Part shown: piece by piece, positions 44,227 to 48,760 of the stretch | Numbering within the stretch: position 1 is the first letter of the stretch | How the letters are laid out: each line of letters opens with the position of its first letter | From: a bacterium | GTDB lineage: Bacteria; Verrucomicrobiota; Kiritimatiellia; RFP12; UBA1067 | Length of the DNA: 48,760 nucleotides | Direction of reading: 5' to 3' | Assembly (NCBI GenBank): GCA_037141675.1 | Contig: JBAXCC010000003.1 | Span: 1 to 48,760 of the forward strand | The notes under the pieces: generated by a model | Databases searched by the model: none | Seen by the model: the letters and a program-made list of their open reading frames with translations, nothing else | Told to the model about the DNA's origin: nothing | Program-made: the position numbers and the translations under genes

Positions 44227-47200
44227 TCACTCTTCGCAGACCACGCGGAAACCGACGTCGAAGACGGGTTGCCAGGTCCAATAGGCCACGCAGGAACGCT
44301 CTGAGAGCTGTTTCGCCATGGAGGCGAAGGAACCGCCCATCGCAATCGCGCGACCTTCTTTATCCGCGTCAGAGGTCCATTCCCACACATTGCCGAAGAC
44401 ATCATAGAGTCCCGTTTGGCTAGCTGGATAGGTGCAGACAGGCGCGGTCGCACGCACGTTATCATTGACGTTCGTATCCCCAGGACGCCAGTTCATGACT
44501 GCGCCGCTTGGCAAGCCCCAAGGTTTGATCGTCTTCTCCAGATGGAAGGTCAGGTCGGCAAAGTTCCCTTGTCCGCGGCCCGCAGCCTTTGCAAAGGCCA
44601 TACGCTCCGCAACCGTCGGCAACCGATATTTCTTGCCGGTCTTCTTGCTAAGCCATTCGCAATAGGCCTTTGCTTTCGCCTGCGGTACACGCACAACCGG
44701 CTGGTCAGGTTCATTCACGGGGAATCCGCGCTCCAACACAGAGAACTGAAGGAACCCGCCCACTTCGATGCCACTGTCATGCTGCGGATCAAACTCGGCG
44801 AACTCTTTATTGGTGACCTCGTTGGTCGCAATAATGACCTTGGCAGATAGCGGCGCACGCGTCAGCGTCATGATCATATTGGGACGTGTACTCTCAACTG
44901 GCTTGCCATCCAGCTTGGGCTTGGGCGGATTGGCGCGGAACTCATAATCTTCAGGGTCTTCATCGATGTAGGCATAACGCTTCAGAAGTTCACGACGACG
45001 CTCCGCGACCTGCTTCGTACGCGCTTCACCGCTGATTTCCGTCCACGTGCCATGCGCAGGTGTATTGAGATCGATCCATGTATTGATACGGTCCCACGAC
45101 TCCATATCCAGCTTAACGCTCTTATGGCCCGCTTCCAGCATACGCACAAGGTCCGTGGTCGAGGCATGAAACTCGTAGGGCTTTAACAGATGCATGTCGC
45201 TTTCCATGGTGTGGTTACGCACATATTTCTTAAGCGCAAGATAGGCCGGCGGGAAATGGGCGGCACGATAGCCTCCACTGGACGCCATATAGGTCGCGTC
45301 TGGCCGCATCTTGAAGTTGGGCACAGACTTGTCTTCTCCGTCGTGACATCCAACGCAATACTTGTCGAGCACAGGCTGGACTTCGCGATTGAAGGAGAAC
45401 CCACGCGAAGGCCCATACCATGGACGGATTTTTTCGATCGGCTTGTTGTGTGCATCGATGCGATTGGCCGGCGTGGAACTGTTCATAGGCTCATGGCAGC
45501 CCACGCAGGTCTGGACTTCACCCGGCATGGACATCACCCAACTACGCATGAGCTGGACAGCGCGCCCTTTCTCGTCGAGTGGCTGAATCATGATCGGGAT
45601 ATTCGGTGGCACTTCAAAGAATGCGGAACCGTCTTCGGAGACCGGCACGGTACCGATGATACGACGTACATCCCACGGACCGTCTTCGCCCACACGGTCC
45701 ACTTGTCCGCCCATGCCGCGATACGAATACGCATACGTGCCAATGCGCAGGGACTTGATGGTTCCGCGCGGCACACCCGCCAACCCAGGTCCGGAGTAGA
45801 TATCGAGTAGATTGATATAGCCTGGCTTGGCCTTGGCAATCTGCGAAGGCAACACCGGCGGACGCTTGGTCGGCTTGATCAGCACAGGCTCAAGAAACGC
45901 ATACTGGTCATCTTGAGCAATCAGCGTCATATTGTCGAACATGTCCACCAAGTAAAGACCCCAGGGTGTCTTGGCATCTGGCTTCATCGGCGCGATAAAA
46001 TAATTTCCACCCAAGGGCAACGGGTGAAGAAACTTCGGCCACGAAGCGTCCACCAGATGATCCAAAATTTTTGCCTCCACCTTTTGTCCGCGCCCCGGGA
46101 TACGCTGAACCACGCCATCCGTCTCAAAACGCCCCTTGGATGGATCGAACACCACCAGTTCGCCCATGCGCGCAACACCATGATGTCCTGTCACAATCGC
46201 AGCAAATTTGCCAGCCCCATCCGGAATCGGTTTTGCATAAAACATCGCGTTCGGCCAATAGGAGTTACTGCCATAATATTCGCGCTGGGCCGTGCCATCC
46301 GGATTCATAGTAAACAGGATGCGCGCCACAAAATGCGGAAGATCGCTGTATTCCCACCTCAGATACATCACACGTCCATCCGACAGCATCGTCGGATTCC
46401 AGTTATGCTCCTGATCGTATGTCAGGCGGCGAATGCCCTCTTTATCCTGGCGATACATATGATAAATGTGCGAACCCCCGCGAACACACGGAACCCCGAT
46501 CATGGTGGCTGTTGACAAGAAGAGCGTCGCATCGTCTGCAAGCCAGCAACCCGCGAGGTTGTCCACATCATCATCCGGGATCTGCTGCATCTCCGTGAAT
46601 TGTTCGGGCGTATCCAGATTGACTTCAAAGACACGCATCTTCCCCTTTTCGTTCTGCGAGGAAAACATCAACCTCTTGGCATCCCAGTGCAAGGCAAGCT
46701 CACCCAGGTAATCAGTTGGCTTGCGTGGCTTAATCACGGTCCGCGTGGTCGGCACGCCAGCCAGGTTATCCATCATAATCACTTCGTTTGTCAAATTCTT
46801 GCCACTTCCGCGCACATTGTCCCAGTTCGTCGGAAGTGCCAAATTTCTGACACTTCGCTTCACCAATAACAGCTTGGCATCCTTCAGCATCGGCAAACTT
46901 AAGAGCGCCGTGCGAATATCGGCGATTAACTTATCTGCGTCAGCCTCAACCGTGCTGTCTTCCGTGTTCGCAAGCCGCTCCTGCAACTTATCGATCTGCG
47001 GTTGAAGGGCTTCTGCCTTGAGTGAAGTCGCGCCAGGCCATTGGCTCTCCATGTCTTTCAAAGCCAGGGAAACCGATTCCGCTCGAATCATGCCTAACTT
47101 ATTCTTCAACGCAAGGCGTGTCGCAGGAACACTTTTCTGCGCGCGGATGCTCCATTTTGTCATCAGTGAGGCTTCGATCTCTTTGCGCACGCTTTCATTC

Positions 47201-47835
47201 AATGCGCGATCATAGGCCAGCACTTCAGCGATGACGCCCGTATAGTACCGGTTATGCGTATAATTGCCGAAGGCTGTTGCAGCGGATGTTGCCGAAGCCC
47301 CGACTGCCGTTAATAGATAAGGTTGGTTCGGAACGACATCGGCATCTCCGGCAACGACCTGGCCATTCAAGGCCAGGAGGCCACCCTTTGTAAAATCATT
47401 CGCATTCCCTGGATTCCGCCATACAGCCCCGTCTTCCCCCATGCGCAGTCCCAAGTCCTGTCCATAAACACCCCATATCCCCGCGATCGGAGACTGTTTT
47501 TCGCCGTGCTGGGTAACGATGAAAAGTGTTTGAACTTTAGTCGCGGCGTTAGCGACCAGATGCGAAGGGGCTCCTGTACCAAAGGAGACGCCTGAATGAT
47601 TTTCAAAGGCCTTTGCAATCAAGGCTGGTTGCTCGTTAGCCCCTTTCTGCTCAAAGGCAACGGCTTTGCCATCTACGTCCTTCCATGCGGTTACCCGACT
47701 TCCCGTGCAGACCACACTGTCTGCTTTTGTAACATCCAGATGAAAAACCAATCCGTCCGTTGGAAACGTCCCGGCCAAAATCGTCAGCGGCAGCAATGCC
47801 ACAAGTAGACCCCTGTTCATAGTGGTATTATTCAT
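44227..47835 (-). CDS. Secreted multidomain protein: LamG-like, beta-propeller, hydrazine synthase alpha-like middle domain, two CxxCH, C-terminal FGE-sulfatase domain
   Basis: Signal peptide; YTGVIAEVLAYDRAL; DGRVMYLRWEY..NPDGT; GTVPVSEDGSAFFEVP...QPLDEKGRAVQLMRSW; CVGCH twice; RLPT.AE, GLYDVFGNVWEW and VGFRVV. ATG 47835 has a well-spaced GGAG (alternative start 47847). Confidence 0.85.
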   Translation of the reverse strand: MNNTTMNRGLLVALLPLTILAGTFPTDGLVFHLDVTKADSVVCTGSRVTAWKDVDGKAVAFEQKGANEQPALIAKAFENHSGVSFGTGAPSHLVANAATKVQTLFIVTQHGEKQSPIAGIWGVYGQDLGLRMGEDGAVWRNPGNANDFTKGGLLALNGQVVAGDADVVPNQPYLLTAVGASATSAATAFGNYTHNRYYTGVIAEVLAYDRALNESVRKEIEASLMTKWSIRAQKSVPATRLALKNKLGMIRAESVSLALKDMESQWPGATSLKAEALQPQIDKLQERLANTEDSTVEADADKLIADIRTALLSLPMLKDAKLLLVKRSVRNLALPTNWDNVRGSGKNLTNEVIMMDNLAGVPTTRTVIKPRKPTDYLGELALHWDAKRLMFSSQNEKGKMRVFEVNLDTPEQFTEMQQIPDDDVDNLAGCWLADDATLFLSTATMIGVPCVRGGSHIYHMYRQDKEGIRRLTYDQEHNWNPTMLSDGRVMYLRWEYSDLPHFVARILFTMNPDGTAQREYYGSNSYWPNAMFYAKPIPDGAGKFAAIVTGHHGVARMGELVVFDPSKGRFETDGVVQRIPGRGQKVEAKILDHLVDASWPKFLHPLPLGGNYFIAPMKPDAKTPWGLYLVDMFDNMTLIAQDDQYAFLEPVLIKPTKRPPVLPSQIAKAKPGYINLLDIYSGPGLAGVPRGTIKSLRIGTYAYSYRGMGGQVDRVGEDGPWDVRRIIGTVPVSEDGSAFFEVPPNIPIMIQPLDEKGRAVQLMRSWVMSMPGEVQTCVGCHEPMNSSTPANRIDAHNKPIEKIRPWYGPSRGFSFNREVQPVLDKYCVGCHDGEDKSVPNFKMRPDATYMASSGGYRAAHFPPAYLALKKYVRNHTMESDMHLLKPYEFHASTTDLVRMLEAGHKSVKLDMESWDRINTWIDLNTPAHGTWTEISGEARTKQVAERRRELLKRYAYIDEDPEDYEFRANPPKPKLDGKPVESTRPNMIMTLTRAPLSAKVIIATNEVTNKEFAEFDPQHDSGIEVGGFLQFSVLERGFPVNEPDQPVVRVPQAKAKAYCEWLSKKTGKKYRLPTVAERMAFAKAAGRGQGNFADLTFHLEKTIKPWGLPSGAVMNWRPGDTNVNDNVRATAPVCTYPASQTGLYDVFGNVWEWTSDADKEGRAIAMGGSFASMAKQLSERSCVAYWTWQPVFDVGFRVVCEE

Positions 47836-47872
47836 AAACTCCGTCATCCCCCTCTTATTAAGAATTATTTAA

Positions 47873-47922
47873 ATCATACTGCATCACTGCACAAAAAGGC
47901 AATGCCACTTTTGCACAGTGAT
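47873..47922 (-). promoter_or_regulatory. Long inverted repeat overlapping a candidate promoter
   Basis: Minus strand reads ATCACTGTGCAAAAGTGGC-ATT-GCCTTTTTGTGCAGTGAT (47883-47922). A TTGCCT-N18-TATGAT promoter has its -35 at the symmetry centre. Confidence 0.5.
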
Positions 47923-47936
47923 TAAAACTGGTATTT

Positions 47937-48287
47937 TTATTGGATGATAGGCAACTGTGTTTTTCGGGATGCCGAGGAGATCCCCCCGAGATTTTCAACA
48001 TGATTATAGCCCATCTTCTCCATGGTCTGCCGAGCCATCGAGGCACGCCCACCCGAGTGGCAATAGAGATAAATCTGCACCGACTTATCGGGTGCCACCA
48101 CGTGGATCCGTTCGCGAATGGTGTCATAGGGGATGAGCACGGCGCCCGACAAATGCCCGACCTCATATTCTTCAAGCGTACGCACATCGAACAGCAAATA
48201 CTTTTCCGGCATCGTCACGGCTCCTGTGCGACAGCCAGTCATAAAAAGCGAACCCATGATACAGATCGCCCATTTTTTCAAACCCAT
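47937..48287 (-). CDS. Rhodanese-domain (PspE-like) lipoprotein
   Basis: MTG|C lipobox, DVRT.EEY..GHL.GA, active-site YCHSGGRAS and NLGG. ATG 48287 has an AGGAG RBS. Confidence 0.92.
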   Translation of the reverse strand: MGLKKWAICIMGSLFMTGCRTGAVTMPEKYLLFDVRTLEEYEVGHLSGAVLIPYDTIRERIHVVAPDKSVQIYLYCHSGGRASMARQTMEKMGYNHVENLGGISSASRKTQLPIIQ

Positions 48288-48467
48288 AAGTCTCCTCTCA
48301 TATATCAAGAAGTTTTTTACTATAGCATGCTCCAGCACAGACTACAAAAAAAATATTTCCGTGCTTCTCAATTTGAATGGAAACGGATATAGTGTATCTA
48401 CTTAAAGAAACGAAATTGGTTTGAGTATTAAACGTTCCAGATTAAAATCGAAATGAAAAAAGGAATC

Positions 48468-48760
48468 ATGAATACACCCCTCGTCTGCATCACGTGCACA
48501 GCCCTCCTGTCCTGTTCGACAACACTCCTTGCACAGACAAACACTACGGAGTCCGTCCCGGCCACCACGCAAGCCGCCACAGGTGGTCTCAGGTGGGATG
48601 CCGGCGCAGATATACGTCTCCAGGAGGAGATGTATGAAAACATCCCAGGTGTGCTAGGAGGGGACTTTCACAACTATTTCCGTTTGCGCACTCGCGCGTG
48701 GGGACAGGTTGAGAACGATGACTTCCGTCTCTATCTCCGTTTCGCGAACGAGTTTTTCCA
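48468..48760 (+). CDS. Secreted protein, probable outer-membrane beta-barrel (alginate-export-like); runs off the window end
   Basis: AAGGA RBS, then an open frame MNTPLVCITCTALLSCSTTLLA|QTNTTESVP...WDAGADIRLQEE...NYFRLRTRAWGQV...RLYLRFANEFF with alternating amphipathic strands. Not in the ORF track. Confidence 0.65.
   Translation, partial: MNTPLVCITCTALLSCSTTLLAQTNTTESVPATTQAATGGLRWDAGADIRLQEEMYENIPGVLGGDFHNYFRLRTRAWGQVENDDFRLYLRFANEFF

Noticed and set aside
44227-47835. Evidence for anammox metabolism
   Set aside because: There is only a shared HZS-alpha-like domain in a different architecture, with no hzsB/C, hdh or hao.

Overview
A gene-dense 48.8-kb bacterial chromosomal window. The gene content suggests a PVC-superphylum organism, probably Kiritimatiellae or Lentisphaerae-like; this is an inference, not a search result. 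Housekeeping genes are nusB (3' end), ribD, ribE, recA, an M24 peptidase, mutS, folD, ridA, tilS, metG and purC. Four accessory blocks lie among them. (1) A minus-strand cassette of about 16 kb encodes a lipoprotein, a ~3,550-aa multi-domain surface protein and a 1,585-aa M6 metalloprotease; the two large proteins share a C-terminal tail motif and are rich in Thr-Asn. (2) A tightly packed operon carries PglC/PglD/PglE-like (EpsL/M/N-like) bacillosamine genes with a DUF2723/TMEM260-like GT-C glycosyltransferase inserted among them, followed by an intact exosortase-EpsI fusion and a second exosortase whose catalytic Cys is replaced by Ala. This is the best candidate for an undescribed protein glycosylation and sorting system. 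(3) A second, TPR-bearing TMEM260-like protein sits next to a eukaryote-type hexokinase. (4) The last block has a GH97, an S1 lipoprotease, an HZS-alpha-like/diheme/FGE-domain protein, a rhodanese lipoprotein and the start of an outer-membrane barrel. Intergenic DNA holds REP-like palindromes, 7-8-nt tandem repeats (one array lies inside a CDS) and several terminators. I saw no rRNA, tRNA, CRISPR array, transposase or integrase. Family assignments come from motif recognition by eye.
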